From contig CAVYKI010000006.1 of assembly GCA_963769025.1 (NCBI GenBank), positions 192,001 through 256,000 on the forward strand: a stretch of DNA of 64,000 nt, given 5' to 3'. The notes beneath the pieces are model-generated. The model had not been told where the DNA came from, did not search any database, and was given only the letters and a program-made list of their open reading frames with translations. Shown piece after piece: positions 1 through 9,980 of the stretch; position 1 is the first letter of the stretch, and every line of letters starts with the position of its first letter. This DNA is from an uncultured Verrucomicrobiae bacterium (GTDB lineage Bacteria > Verrucomicrobiota > Verrucomicrobiia > Chthoniobacterales > Chthoniobacteraceae). The translations under genes and the position numbers were made by a program.

Positions 1-75
1 CCGGCAGCGAAGAAGTCTGCCGCGAAACCCGCAGAGCAGTCCGCTGAGAAACCTGCAGAGAAATCCAACGAATAA
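1..75 (+). CDS. rplV: 3' end of a gene, by position ribosomal protein uL22 (Ala/Lys/Pro/Glu-rich tail)
   Basis: Frame 1 reads [24 protein letters not shown] and ends 2 nt before rpsC. Identity is inferred only from S10 operon order. Confidence 0.65.
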   Translation, partial: PAAKKSAAKPAEQSAEKPAEKSNE

Positions 76-77
76 CC

Positions 78-776
78 ATGGGACAGAAAACCAATCCAAT
101 CGGCTTCCGCCTTGCGGTTAACAAAGACTGGCGCTCCAAGTGGTTCGCGAGCCGCAAGGAATTTCCTGAATTTCTGGCGAGCGACATCAAGATCCGCACG
201 TCGCTGAAGGAGAAACTTCGCCTCGCCGCGGTATCGAAGATCGTCATCGAGCGCGCTTGGAACAGCCTCCGCGTGACCATTCACACCGCCCGTCCGGGTA
301 TCGTAATCGGACGCAAAGGTTCGGAAATCGAAAAGATGACCGAGGAAATCTCGAAGCTTTCCGGCGGCAAGCAGGTGAAGATCGACATCATCGAAATCAA
401 GGCACCCGACCTCGACGCGCAGCTCGTCGCTGAGAACATCGCGATGCAGATGGAGCGCCGGATCAGCTTCCGCCGTGCGATGAAGAAGGCACTGCAGACT
501 ACGATGGAGCAGGGTGCAAAGGGCATCAAAGTCCGTTGCGCCGGCCGTCTCGGTGGTGCGGAAATCAGCCGCTCTGAATGGTATCGCGAGGGAAGCATCC
601 CGCTACACACGCTCCGCACGCCCATCGACTACGGCTTCGCCGAGGCGAGGACGACCTACGGAATCATCGGTGTGAAGTGCTGGATCTGCAAACCCGCCGC
701 CATCGTCCAGGAAGAAAAGAAGGCCGTGACTTCGGGGGAAAGAACCGAATCCGCCGAGCAGCAGCCTGCTGCCTGA
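78..776 (+). CDS. rpsC: 30S ribosomal protein uS3
   Basis: [12 protein letters not shown] start, [12 protein letters not shown] motif, [19 protein letters not shown]. Confidence 0.99.
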   Translation: MGQKTNPIGFRLAVNKDWRSKWFASRKEFPEFLASDIKIRTSLKEKLRLAAVSKIVIERAWNSLRVTIHTARPGIVIGRKGSEIEKMTEEISKLSGGKQVKIDIIEIKAPDLDAQLVAENIAMQMERRISFRRAMKKALQTTMEQGAKGIKVRCAGRLGGAEISRSEWYREGSIPLHTLRTPIDYGFAEARTTYGIIGVKCWICKPAAIVQEEKKAVTSGERTESAEQQPAA

Positions 777-809
777 ACCAATTAGCAATTTTTTACCGGA
801 GGAAAACCA

Positions 810-1223
810 ATGCCTTTGTTGCCAAAACGTGTGAAGTATCGGAAGACCCAGCGCGGCAGTCGCGCCGGAAAGGCTTCCCGTGCCATCAATCTTGATTTCG
901 GTTCGTTTGGACTGCAGACGCTTGAGCGCGCCTGGATCACCAACACCCAGATCGAAGCAGCCCGTGTCGCGATGACCCGCAACATGAAACGCAAGGGCAA
1001 GATGTGGATCCGCATGTTCCCCGACAAGTCGGTGACTGCGCGCCCGCCCGAGACCCGAATGGGCAAGGGCAAAGGCCAGCCGGAATACTGGGTGGCCACG
1101 GTCCGCCCCGGAAACATCCTTTTTGAAATCGACGGCATCTCCGAGACGCTCGCACGCGAGTCGATGCGACTGGCCGCGGACAAGCTCCCGGTGCGCACGA
1201 AGTTTCTGACGCGCCACAACTAA
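810..1223 (+). CDS. rplP: 50S ribosomal protein uL16
   Basis: [28 protein letters not shown]. Confidence 0.99.
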   Translation: MPLLPKRVKYRKTQRGSRAGKASRAINLDFGSFGLQTLERAWITNTQIEAARVAMTRNMKRKGKMWIRMFPDKSVTARPPETRMGKGKGQPEYWVATVRPGNILFEIDGISETLARESMRLAADKLPVRTKFLTRHN

Positions 1224-1232
1224 TCGCCGAGC

Positions 1233-1442
1233 ATGAAGAACAAAGAAATCCGCGAACTGACGCCCGACGAATTGCGGGCCCGCAAACGTGAGCTGCGCGA
1301 GCAGATTTTCCACCTCCGCCTCCAGCAGGCTGGCGGACAGCTTGAGAAGCCGAGCGAACTCCGGTCGCTGCGCCGCGAAGTCGCACGCATCGAGACGGTG
1401 CTGACCCAAAAAAACAAGACCGCGGCAGCTGCCGCCAAGTAA
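1233..1442 (+). CDS. rpmC: 50S ribosomal protein uL29
   Basis: KEIRELTPDEL...LRLQQAGGQLEKPSELRSLRREVARIETVL; operon position. Confidence 0.97.
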   Translation: MKNKEIRELTPDELRARKRELREQIFHLRLQQAGGQLEKPSELRSLRREVARIETVLTQKNKTAAAAAK

Positions 1443-1451
1443 ATCCATTCC

Positions 1452-1729
1452 ATGAGCGAAACTGCAACAGCTGAAACGCCAAAACGGGCTCTCCGCAAAG
1501 ACCCGCGTCGGCGAGGTCGTGTCGAACAAGATGCAAAAGACCGTGGTGGTGAAGACGACCATGCGTGTCCCGCACCCCAAGTTCGGCAAGATCATCAAGC
1601 AGCGTCAAAAAGTTCTACGCGCACGACGAGGAGCAGAAAGCCCAGATCGGCGATCTCGTCCGCATCGTGGAGACCCGCCCGCTGAGCAAGCTCAAGTGCT
1701 GGCGCGTAGTTGAAATTCTCAAGCACTAA
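1452..1729 (+). CDS. rpsQ: 30S ribosomal protein uS17 (two apparent indels)
   Basis: Pieces in different frames: RALRK / [25 protein letters not shown] / [38 protein letters not shown]. Confidence 0.93.
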
Positions 1730-1762
1730 CCGCAGCGCCCCGATAAGGGCCGCAATATTCCT

Positions 1763-2130
1763 ATGCTACAAATTCGATCCAGACTCGACGTTGCCGACAA
1801 CACCGGCGCCCGCATGGCCAAGATGATCGGCGTCATTGGCAAGCCGACGCTCAAGCGCGCACATCGGCGACGTCATCACCGCGCACATCCGCGAAGCGCA
1901 GGCCGGCGGACAGGTCAAGAAAGGGCGAGGTCGTGCGTGCAGTGGTCGTGCGGACGAAACAGGCGATCCGCCGCGAGGACGGCAGCTACCTTCGCTTCGA
2001 CAACAACGCGATCGTCATCATCGACAAGGATGAAAATCCCCGCGGCACCCGCATCTTCGGCCCCGTCGCCCGTGAACTTCGCGAGAAGAACTTCATGAAG
2101 ATCATCTCACTCGCTCCGGAGGTCCTCTGA
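1763..2130 (+). CDS. rplN: 50S ribosomal protein uL14 (apparent indels)
   Basis: [17 protein letters not shown] / [14 protein letters not shown] / [42 protein letters not shown]. Confidence 0.96.
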
Positions 2131-2131
2131 A

Positions 2132-2425
2132 ATGTCCAACCGTCTTAGTTTCCACGTCAAGAAGGGTGACAACGTCACCGTGATCAGCGGCAACCACAAG
2201 GGTGCCAGCGGGCAAGGTGCTCGCCGTCCTGCCCAAGAAGCAGCAGGTGCTCGTCGAGGGGGTGCGCATCATCAAGAAGCACACCCGCAAGAGCCAGGAC
2301 AACCCGAATGGTGCCATCCTCGAGCGCGAAGGTCCGATTCATGTTTCCAACGTCAAGCTTCTCGAAAACGCGGAGCCCAAGAAAGCGGACTCCAAGAAGA
2401 AGCGGAGTCCAAGAAGAAAAAGTAA
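2132..2425 (+). CDS. rplX: 50S ribosomal protein uL24 (apparent indels)
   Basis: [20 protein letters not shown] motif, then [18 protein letters not shown]...EGPIHVSNV in the shifted frame. Confidence 0.95.
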   Translation: MSNRLSFHVKKGDNVTVISGNHKGASGQGARRPAQEAAGARRGGAHHQEAHPQEPGQPEWCHPRARRSDSCFQRQASRKRGAQESGLQEEAESKKKK

Positions 2426-2428
2426 GCC

Positions 2429-3029
2429 ATGCCAGTCGAACTTCTACGAAGAATACAAAAACCGCGTAATCCCTGCGCTCAAGGCGACGCACGGATACAC
2501 GAACATCAACCAAGTCCCGAAGGTGGACAAAGTTGTGGTGAACACTTGCGTCAATCTCAACCAAGGCGATGCGAAGCAGGCGCTCGAAGACGCGAAGAAC
2601 GAACTGGCAACCGTCACGGGACAGAAGCCGGCCGAGACGCGCTCCAAGAAGGCCATCTCCAATTTCAAGCTCCGCAAAGATCAGGCGATCGGCGCCAAGG
2701 TTACGCTTCGTGGCCGCCGGATGTATGAATTTCTGGAGCGCCTGATCAAGACGGCGCTGCCGCGTATCCGCGATTTCCGTGGTGTCAGCACCCGCGCCTT
2801 CGACGGAAATGGAAACTACACACTCGGCGTCTCCGACCAGTCCATCTTCCCTGAAATCGAACTCGATCGCATCAAGCGCAACATTGGCTTCGATGTCACC
2901 ATCGTCACCACGGCTCGGACCGATGCGGAGGCAAAGAGCCTCCTGACCGAACTCGGGATGCCATTTTCAGACAAAGCCCGCCTCAAGCGCGCGCAACAGG
3001 AGCAACAGCAGGAGAAACCGACCGCTTAA
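2429..3029 (+). CDS. rplE: 50S ribosomal protein uL5 (indel near start)
   Basis: [56 protein letters not shown]. Confidence 0.97.
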
Positions 3030-3035
3030 CCAGAC

Positions 3036-3438
3036 ATGAGCGCACTCACCGATCCCATCGCAGATTTCCTCACCCGCCTTCGCAATGCCTGCGGTGCAGG
3101 CAAGACCGAGGTCCTCGCTCCCTACTCGAAGATGAAGGCGGAAATCGCCCGCATCCTGAAGCAGGAGGGCTACATCTCGAACTTTGAAGTCGAGACCGGC
3201 ACCGGGCCCAGGACCACAGTTGAAGGTGGTCAACAAATTCGTCAACCGCGCCCCGGCCATCACCGGCCTCAAGCGTGTATCCAAGCCCGGTCTCCGCCGC
3301 TATGTCGGCTCGACCGAGATTCCGCGCGTCCTCGGCGGAATCGGCATCAGCATCCTTTCGACGTCGAAAGGTCTGATGTCCGGTCGTGAGGCCAAAAAAC
3401 AGAACGTCGGCGGTGAATTGCTGGCGTTCGTCTGGTAA
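3036..3438 (+). CDS. rpsH: 30S ribosomal protein uS8 (apparent indel near 3200)
   Basis: [22 protein letters not shown] / [33 protein letters not shown]. Confidence 0.97.
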
Positions 3439-3443
3439 AGACT

Positions 3444-3979
3444 ATGTCGCGAATCGGAAAAAAAATCATCGAACTGCCGGCCAAGGTGAGCGTCAAGATT
3501 GGCGCTGACGGCGCGGTCAACGTCGAAGGCCCGAAGGGCAAACTCGCTTGGACGCTGCCGAACGGTGTCACCGGTAAAGTCGAAGGCACGAAGGTGACCG
3601 TCGCGTGCGACTCGCACGCAGCTCGCGCGCTTCACGGCCTGAGTCGCGCCTTGATCAACAACATGGTCATCGGCGTGGCGGACGGATACGTGAAGGAATT
3701 GGAGATTCAGGGCGTTGGCTTCAAGGCCGCGTTGAAAGGCAATGTGCTCCAGCTCAACCTCGGGTATTCGCACGACATCAACCATCGCGATTCCCGAGGG
3801 AATCAAGGTTACGGTGACCGACAATACCAAGGTTCGCATCGAGGGCATTGACAAGAAAACTCGTGGGACAGGTGGCCGCCGATGTGCGCAGCTATTACCC
3901 GCCGGAACCCTACAAGGGCAAGGGTGTCCGCTATGTCGGCGAGAAAATCATCCGCAAGGAAGGCAAAACCGTCCAGTAA
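3444..3979 (+). CDS. rplF: 50S ribosomal protein uL6 (apparent indels)
   Basis: [34 protein letters not shown] / [21 protein letters not shown]. Confidence 0.96.
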
Positions 3980-3982
3980 GCC

Positions 3983-4345
3983 ATGGCTAAGAATATCAAG
4001 AAAGAAAGCATCCAGATGCGCCACAAGCGCATCCGCAAGATTGTATCCGGCACCGCCGAGCGTCCGCGCCTCGCCGTGCATTTCAGCGGCAAGCACATCT
4101 ACGCGCAGGTCATCGACGACAGCGTCGGCAAGACCATCGCCAGTGCCAATACGACCGAAGCCGACCTCAAGACTCAAAAGCCGAAGGCCAACGCGGCTAC
4201 CGCCACGACCATCGGCAAGTTGGTCGCCGAGCGGGCGAAAGCCAAGAGCGTCGAGAAGGTTGTTTTTGACCGCGGCGGCTTCATCTATCACGGAAAAGTG
4301 AAGGCGCTGGCTGATGCTGCGCGCGAGGGTGGTTTGCAATTCTAA
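3983..4345 (+). CDS. rplR: 50S ribosomal protein uL18
   Basis: [51 protein letters not shown]. Confidence 0.99.
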   Translation: MAKNIKKESIQMRHKRIRKIVSGTAERPRLAVHFSGKHIYAQVIDDSVGKTIASANTTEADLKTQKPKANAATATTIGKLVAERAKAKSVEKVVFDRGGFIYHGKVKALADAAREGGLQF

Positions 4346-4349
4346 TACT

Positions 4350-4958
4350 ATGGCTGCCAATTCAAGACCCGATTCCAACCGCGGCCCCAGGGGCCGTCGC
4401 CCGCAGCAAGCCCGCACGCCCTCGGAACCCGTGGACCGCGGCACAGTGCTCGAAGGCGTCTTCGCCGGACAGCCGCAGGCTGAGCTGATTGAAAAGCTCG
4501 TTTTCATCAACCGTTGCGCCAAGGTCGTCAAAGGCGGACGTCGCTTCAGCTTTAGCGCACTCCTTGTCATTGGCGACAAGCAGGGCCGTGTCGGCGTCGG
4601 ATTCGGCAAAGCGAATGAAGTCTCGGAAGCCATTCGGAAGGCCGGTGACAAAGGCCGGAAGAATCTCAAACGTTTCGCCATCAGCAGCACGACCATTCCG
4701 CACGAAGTCGTCGGCAACCACGGTGGAGGCCATGTCATTTTGAAGCCCGCGAGCCCTGGAACCGGAATCAAGGCGGGCGGTGCAGTCCGTGCCGTGTGTG
4801 ATGCGGTGGGTATCAAGAACATCCTGGCCAAGAGCCTGGGTTCCTCCAATCACGCGAATGTGCTCAAGGCGACGCTCGATGCACTTGCGAAGCTGCGGCA
4901 ACGCGATGCGGTGATGAAACTTCGCGGAATCGCCCCGAAACCCCAAGAGTCGAACTAG
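4350..4958 (+). CDS. rpsE: 30S ribosomal protein uS5 with N-terminal extension
   Basis: INRCAKVVKGGRRFSFSALLVIGD, PASPGTGIKAGG, KSLGSSN; ATG at 4350. Confidence 0.98.
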   Translation: MAANSRPDSNRGPRGRRPQQARTPSEPVDRGTVLEGVFAGQPQAELIEKLVFINRCAKVVKGGRRFSFSALLVIGDKQGRVGVGFGKANEVSEAIRKAGDKGRKNLKRFAISSTTIPHEVVGNHGGGHVILKPASPGTGIKAGGAVRAVCDAVGIKNILAKSLGSSNHANVLKATLDALAKLRQRDAVMKLRGIAPKPQESN

Positions 4959-5038
4959 CACCAACCAGGGATCTCCGAGGGTTGCGACCGCCAACCTGAA
5001 AGCGTAACGCGGAATACCCAATCCGAGAAAACCAAACG

Positions 5039-5482
5039 ATGAACCTCTCCAATCTCAAACCCCGTCCAGGTGCCAAGCACCGCGTGAAACGCCTCGGCTC
5101 CGGCGAGAGCAGCGGCAAAGGAAAGACCTCCGGCAAGGGCCACAAGGGCCAGAAGGCTCGAAGCGGCGGCAGCATCCGCCTTGGCTTCGAAGGTGGCCAG
5201 ATGCCGCTCATCCGCCGCGTCCCAAAGCGTGGATTCAACAACGCCCATTTCAAGACGCTTTGGGCGATCGTGAATCTCGATTCGCTCAACCGCTTCGACA
5301 ACGGCGCTGCCGTGGACGAGAACGCGCTTCTCGAGGCGAAGCTTATCCGCAAGCCATTTGAAGGCGTGAAAATCCTGGCATCCGGCGAATTGACAAAAAA
5401 GCTGTCCGTGGTGGCCGACAAGGCGAGCGCTGCTGCCAAGGCGGCCATCGAAAAAGCGGGCGGATCCCTCACGCTGAAGTGA
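5039..5482 (+). CDS. rplO: 50S ribosomal protein uL15
   Basis: GKTSGKGHKGQKARSG, GFEGGQMPLIRRVPKRGF. Confidence 0.99.
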   Translation: MNLSNLKPRPGAKHRVKRLGSGESSGKGKTSGKGHKGQKARSGGSIRLGFEGGQMPLIRRVPKRGFNNAHFKTLWAIVNLDSLNRFDNGAAVDENALLEAKLIRKPFEGVKILASGELTKKLSVVADKASAAAKAAIEKAGGSLTLK

Positions 5483-5571
5483 GGACGCATGACGAGGCAC
5501 TGTGAGGATGGTCGTAACTGTCCCCCGAATGGCCTAGCTGGCCAAGCAAAGGTTCCTCCAAATTTCGCCGA

Positions 5572-7077
5572 ATGATTTCCGCCTTTTTTAACATCCGTAA
5601 GATCCCGGAGCTCCGGAACCGCGTGCTTTTCACGCTGCTCATGGTGCTGCTCTACCGGGTGGGATGTGCGATCACGTGTCCAGGCGTAAATGCAAGCGTA
5701 CTGAAGCATTACTTTGTGGAGAGGATGAGTGGCGGTGCGGAAGGCGGCGGTGCCATGGCACTGTTTAATATCTTTAGCGGTGGTGCGCTCGAACAATGTG
5801 CCGTGTTTTCGCTGGGGGTGATGCCCTATATCAGTGCGAGCATCATGATGCAGTTGCTGACGGCGGTGGTTCCTCAGCTAGGTAAGCTGTCAAAGGAAGA
5901 CGGCGGGCGCCAGAAGATCAGCCAGTACACGCGGTATGTCACGATCGTCCTCTGCGTATTTCAGGGATGGCTGATGACCAAGCAATTCGTTAGTCCGTCG
6001 GACTCGATTCTTCCCGGAATTAATGAGACGATGTCGCATTATGGACCGCTGGTTCCAGAGGCAGGTTTTTGGTTTGAACTCGTCTCGGTGCTCAGCCTGA
6101 CGGCGGGAACGATGCTGCTGATGTGGCTTGGCGACCAGATCACCGATCGTGGCGTCGGCAATGGCATGTCGCTGATTATCGCGGTCGGCATTGTTGCGCG
6201 CCTGCCCGCGGCGTTGGTGCAGGCTTGGAAGACGGTTGTTCCGACGGGTGCCGGTGTCGCGAATGTCGCGCCGATGAAGCTCGTTCTCATGCTCGCGTTT
6301 CTGGTGCTTGTAATCGCAGGCGTAATCTGTCTGACGCAGGCCCAGCGCCGCATCACGATTCAGTATGCGAAGCGTGTCGTTGGGCGGAAGGTGTACGGCG
6401 GAGTCGCCCAATACATGCCGTTGAAAGTCAATTATGCGGGCGTTATGCCGATCATCTTCGGACAGGCGCTGCTCGTGTTTCCGGCGACGATGATCACGAT
6501 GATCGCGCCTGACAACGCCACTGCCAAGCAATTCTCCGAAGCGCTGAACTCGGGATGGCCTCATTACGTTATCTATAGTATCCTGATTTTCTTCTTCAGC
6601 TACTTCTGGGTGGCAACTCAGTTCCAGCCGCAGCAGATTGCCGATGACCTGAAGAAGGCGGGCGGGTATATCCCTGGGGTGCGTCCCGGCAAGCCGACGG
6701 CTGATTTTCTCGACAATGCGATGACGAGGCTCACCTTTGCCGGAGCCATCTTCCTGCTCGTGATTGCGCTGTTGCCTGACATGATCAGCAAACAGGCAGG
6801 GATCCCGATGCTTGCTGCCCAATTCTTTGGCGGCACCAGTATCCTGATCGTCGTTGGCGTCGTGCTCGACACCATGCGCCAGATCGAAACGCATCTGCTG
6901 CAGCGGCATTACGATGGTTTTCTGCGCAAAGGAAAGCTCCGTGGTCGTTTCGAGCGTTCGCCCGAGCAGCGCGGAGAGGTCATCGCGAACACAACCCTCG
7001 TTTGGCTAGCCGTAGCTGTCGCCCTCGTTATTCTTGCCGGCATCGTGGCATTTTTGATGAGCCGCTATGCACGTTAG
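5572..7077 (+). CDS. secY: Preprotein translocase subunit SecY
   Basis: IPELRNRVLFT, FSLGVMPYISASIMMQLL, WLGDQITDRGVGNGMSLII, YIPGVRPG, FGGTSILIVVGV. Confidence 0.99.
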   Translation: MISAFFNIRKIPELRNRVLFTLLMVLLYRVGCAITCPGVNASVLKHYFVERMSGGAEGGGAMALFNIFSGGALEQCAVFSLGVMPYISASIMMQLLTAVVPQLGKLSKEDGGRQKISQYTRYVTIVLCVFQGWLMTKQFVSPSDSILPGINETMSHYGPLVPEAGFWFELVSVLSLTAGTMLLMWLGDQITDRGVGNGMSLIIAVGIVARLPAALVQAWKTVVPTGAGVANVAPMKLVLMLAFLVLVIAGVICLTQAQRRITIQYAKRVVGRKVYGGVAQYMPLKVNYAGVMPIIFGQALLVFPATMITMIAPDNATAKQFSEALNSGWPHYVIYSILIFFFSYFWVATQFQPQQIADDLKKAGGYIPGVRPGKPTADFLDNAMTRLTFAGAIFLLVIALLPDMISKQAGIPMLAAQFFGGTSILIVVGVVLDTMRQIETHLLQRHYDGFLRKGKLRGRFERSPEQRGEVIANTTLVWLAVAVALVILAGIVAFLMSRYAR

Positions 7078-7130
7078 CCGGAGCCTGGCATGCCAATGAG
7101 CCGGCGTCTCCCGCGTCATTCACCCCGACG

Positions 7131-7895
7131 ATGATTCCCATCAAGTCCGAGCGCGACATTGAAAAGATGAGGGAGGCCTGCGCCAGCGCCGCCAAGGTAC
7201 TTGATAAATTGGGCTGTCTCGTTCGCCCTGGTGCGACCACGGGCGAAATCGACGAAGCAGCCGCCGACTTCGTAGCTGACGAAAAATGCCGCAGTGCCTT
7301 TCTCGGTTATCGAAACTTTCCCGGCAACATCTGCATTTCAGTCAATGAAGAAGTCGTCCACGGGATCGGCGGAACCCGTCGAATTCAGTACGGCGACATC
7401 GTCAAACTCGATGTTGGCGTCATCAAAAACGGTTGGGTGGGTGACACCGCCAAGACCGTGCCGGTCGGAGCAATCAAGCCCGCATGGTCCCGTCTGCTCG
7501 CGGTGACCGAGGATATCCTCGATCGCGTGATTCCGATGGCCACGGCGGGACTCCGCTTGGGTGACATCTCGGCGTTTATTGAGGACGAGGTCATTGCCAA
7601 CGGCTACAATGTCGTCCGCGAATTTGTCGGGCACGGCGTCGGCCGCAACTTGCACGAAGAACCGCAGATCCCGAACTTCGGGCGCGCCGGCACCGGGCCG
7701 CGTCTGAAAGCGGGAATGACCCTCGCGATTGAGCCGATGGTAAATCTGGGCGGTGCCGCAGTCCGAACGCTTGAGGACGGATGGACGGTCGTGACCGCCG
7801 ATAGTTCGCCCAGCGCGCACTTCGAGCACACCGTGCTCATTACCAAGGGCGAAGCGCAAATCCTCACGTGGCGCGAGAAGGTTCTTGCCAAATAG
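7131..7895 (+). CDS. map: Methionine aminopeptidase type I
   Basis: ICISVNEEVVHGI, KLDVG..GDTA, GHGVGRNLHEEP, AIEPM, SAHFEHT; ATG at 7131. Confidence 0.98.
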   Translation: MIPIKSERDIEKMREACASAAKVLDKLGCLVRPGATTGEIDEAAADFVADEKCRSAFLGYRNFPGNICISVNEEVVHGIGGTRRIQYGDIVKLDVGVIKNGWVGDTAKTVPVGAIKPAWSRLLAVTEDILDRVIPMATAGLRLGDISAFIEDEVIANGYNVVREFVGHGVGRNLHEEPQIPNFGRAGTGPRLKAGMTLAIEPMVNLGGAAVRTLEDGWTVVTADSSPSAHFEHTVLITKGEAQILTWREKVLAK

Positions 7896-8144
7896 CATGG
7901 ACCGTCTCCCCAAGATTGCTGTTCCGCCCACGTCGCTCAGGAGTGCAGTCGGGAAAACCTCCAGTTCCGTGAATTCGCATCTTGCCACGTTGCGAACTTC
8001 TGTTAGAAATACCCAGAACGGCATCACTGAAGACCGGTCAAGAACCGGTGCAAGTAAGCCGTGTAGCGCACGAGGCGCCTGCTCTCAAAGTTCAGGCACC
8101 CCGGGCGATTTTTTGTCCTCTCGAACGAAACCAACGAACTCATT

Positions 8145-8258
8145 ATGAAAGTCAGAGCATCAGTCAAACGGCAGTGTGAAGCCTGCCGAGTCGTGCGGCG
8201 CAAAGGCGTCGTCCGGGTCATTTGCAAAAACCCACGCCACAAACAGCGTCAGGGCTAA
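8145..8258 (+). CDS. rpmJ: 50S ribosomal protein bL36, Zn-ribbon type (not in the ORF track)
   Basis: Hand translation gives [37 protein letters not shown]. Confidence 0.98.
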   Translation: MKVRASVKRQCEACRVVRRKGVVRVICKNPRHKQRQG

Positions 8259-8276
8259 TCTTAAAATACACCACCC

Positions 8277-8672
8277 ATGCCACGAATTCTCGGCGTTGAC
8301 ATCCCAGGCGACAAACGAATCGAAGTGTCGCTCCCATACATCTACGGCATCGGGCCGAGCAATGCGAAAAAAGTGCTCGAAGCCGCGAACGTGGAACCCA
8401 ACCTCCGCGCGAAGGATCTGACGCCGGAACAACTGAACGCAATCATCCACGCGATCTCCGCCCAGAAGATCTTGATCGAGGGCGACCTCCGCCGGGATCT
8501 CCAGCAGAACCTCAAGCGCCTTCAGGCGATCAACTGCTACCGTGGCCTCCGCCATCGCCGCGGACTGCCCGTGCGCGGCCAGCGCACGCAGACGAACGCC
8601 CGCACCCGCAAGGGCCCGCGCAAGACCGTCGGCGTCCAGCGGGCGAAGGATGCTCCTGCTGCCAAGGCATAA
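8277..8672 (+). CDS. rpsM: 30S ribosomal protein uS13
   Basis: [46 protein letters not shown]. Confidence 0.99.
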   Translation: MPRILGVDIPGDKRIEVSLPYIYGIGPSNAKKVLEAANVEPNLRAKDLTPEQLNAIIHAISAQKILIEGDLRRDLQQNLKRLQAINCYRGLRHRRGLPVRGQRTQTNARTRKGPRKTVGVQRAKDAPAAKA

Positions 8673-8699
8673 TTATCAAACCTCACCGAATTCCGAATC

Positions 8700-9281
8700 A
8701 TGGCTGACACCGAAAACACTCCCGCGCCCGACACCCGCTCCGGACGCGCCCGCCGCTGCCGCAGCACCCGCTGCCTGCGGAGGTCGAAACCCAAGGCTGC
8801 AAAAAAGGCCGCTCCGAAAAAGAAGGAAGGCGCAGCGGCCGCAGCTGCCGCCGCCGCACCTGCGGTGGATCTCTCGCTCGACCTGAACGCCGGCATCGAG
8901 CCCATCAAGGTCGTCAAGGCGAAGGGCAGCAAGAACGTCGCGGTCGGCATCGCGCATGTGCTCGCATCTTTCAACAACACCGTCGTCAGCATCACCGACC
9001 AGAAGGGCAACGTCCTCGGTTGGTCGAGTGCCGGCAAGGTCGGCTTCAAGGGCTCGCGCAAGAGCACTGCCTACGCGGCGCAGATGGTCGCGCAGGATGC
9101 CTGCCGCCAGGCCATGGGCCACGGCGTGCGTGAAGTCGAAGTCCGCGTGAAGGGCCCCGGTTCTGGCCGCGAATCCGCCATCCGCGCCATCCAGGCGGTC
9201 GGGTTGGAAATTTCGATCATCAAGGACGTGACGCCTGTGCCGCACAACGGCTGCCGTCCGCCCAAAGCCCGCCGCGTTTAA
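8700..9281 (+). CDS. rpsK: 30S ribosomal protein uS11 with long low-complexity N-terminal extension
   Basis: [62 protein letters not shown]. Confidence 0.98.
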   Translation: MADTENTPAPDTRSGRARRCRSTRCLRRSKPKAAKKAAPKKKEGAAAAAAAAAPAVDLSLDLNAGIEPIKVVKAKGSKNVAVGIAHVLASFNNTVVSITDQKGNVLGWSSAGKVGFKGSRKSTAYAAQMVAQDACRQAMGHGVREVEVRVKGPGSGRESAIRAIQAVGLEISIIKDVTPVPHNGCRPPKARRV

Positions 9282-9301
9282 TCCTCATCCTGTAAACTCA
9301 C

Positions 9302-9916
9302 ATGGCTCGTTACACTGGACCCAAAGACAAAATCGCACGTCGCTTCGGCACGCCCATTTTCGGCCCCACGAAGTATCTCGAACGGAAAAACTATCCGCCC
9401 GGCATGCACGGCCCGAAAGGCAGCCGCCGCAAGACCAGCGAATACAGCATCGCCCTCGCCGAGAAGCAGAAGCTTCGTTACCAGTACGGCCTGCTCGAGC
9501 GCCAGTTCCGCCTCACCTTCGAGGCCGCCCGCAACACCCGCGGCGTCACCGGTGAAATCCTCCTCCAGCTTCTCGAGCGCCGCCTCGACAATGTCGTCTA
9601 TCGCCTCGGCTTCGCAAACAGCCGCAACGCCGCGCGCCAGATGGTCGGCCACGGCCACGTGCAGGTGAACGGCCGCAAGGTGGACGTGAGCAGCTTCTCC
9701 TGCAAGCCGGGCGACGTCGTCACGGTGAAGGAAAAGCCGGCCTCGCGCCGCCTCGCCACGAAGAACCTCGAACTCACGCAGATCGCCCCCGTGCCGGACT
9801 GGCTCACGGTGAATAAGGACGCCTTCACTGGCACCGTCACCCGCATCCCGACCCGCGACGAAATCGCGCCGATCGTCAACGAGCAGCTCATCGTCGAGCT
9901 TTACTCGAAGGCCTAG
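9302..9916 (+). CDS. rpsD: 30S ribosomal protein uS4 (no zinc-finger cysteines)
   Basis: MARYTGPK, PPGMHG, LAEKQKLRYQYG, LERRLDNVVYRLGF, NEQLIVELYS. Confidence 0.99.
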   Translation: MARYTGPKDKIARRFGTPIFGPTKYLERKNYPPGMHGPKGSRRKTSEYSIALAEKQKLRYQYGLLERQFRLTFEAARNTRGVTGEILLQLLERRLDNVVYRLGFANSRNAARQMVGHGHVQVNGRKVDVSSFSCKPGDVVTVKEKPASRRLATKNLELTQIAPVPDWLTVNKDAFTGTVTRIPTRDEIAPIVNEQLIVELYSKA

Positions 9917-9939
9917 TCGGAAGCATTCAGGCAAATCTC

Positions 9940-9978
9940 AAAAACCCCGGTGTCATCATGGCACCGGGGTTTTTCTTT
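9940..9978. terminator. Bidirectional intrinsic terminator between rpsD and the convergent dnaB unit
   Basis: AAAAACCCCGGTGTCA-TCA-TGGCACCGGGGTTTTTCTTT: a GC stem with an A-tract before and a T-tract after. Confidence 0.9.
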
Positions 9979-9980
9979 GC

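Noticed and set aside
2202..3029. Apparent uL24-uL5 fusion ORF
   Set aside because: It is produced by indels. A separate rplX stop (2425) and rplE ATG (2429) are present.
1452..3979. Frameshifts in rpsQ, rplN, rplX, rplE, rpsH and rplF as pseudogenes or programmed frameshifting
   Set aside because: These are essential genes with otherwise intact sequence. Several breaks fall in short homopolymers, and similar breaks occur throughout the window, which is typical of uncorrected long-read indels.
7885..8148. 87-aa ORF at the usual infA position
   Set aside because: It has no IF-1 motifs, and its Ser/Thr-rich composition looks non-coding.
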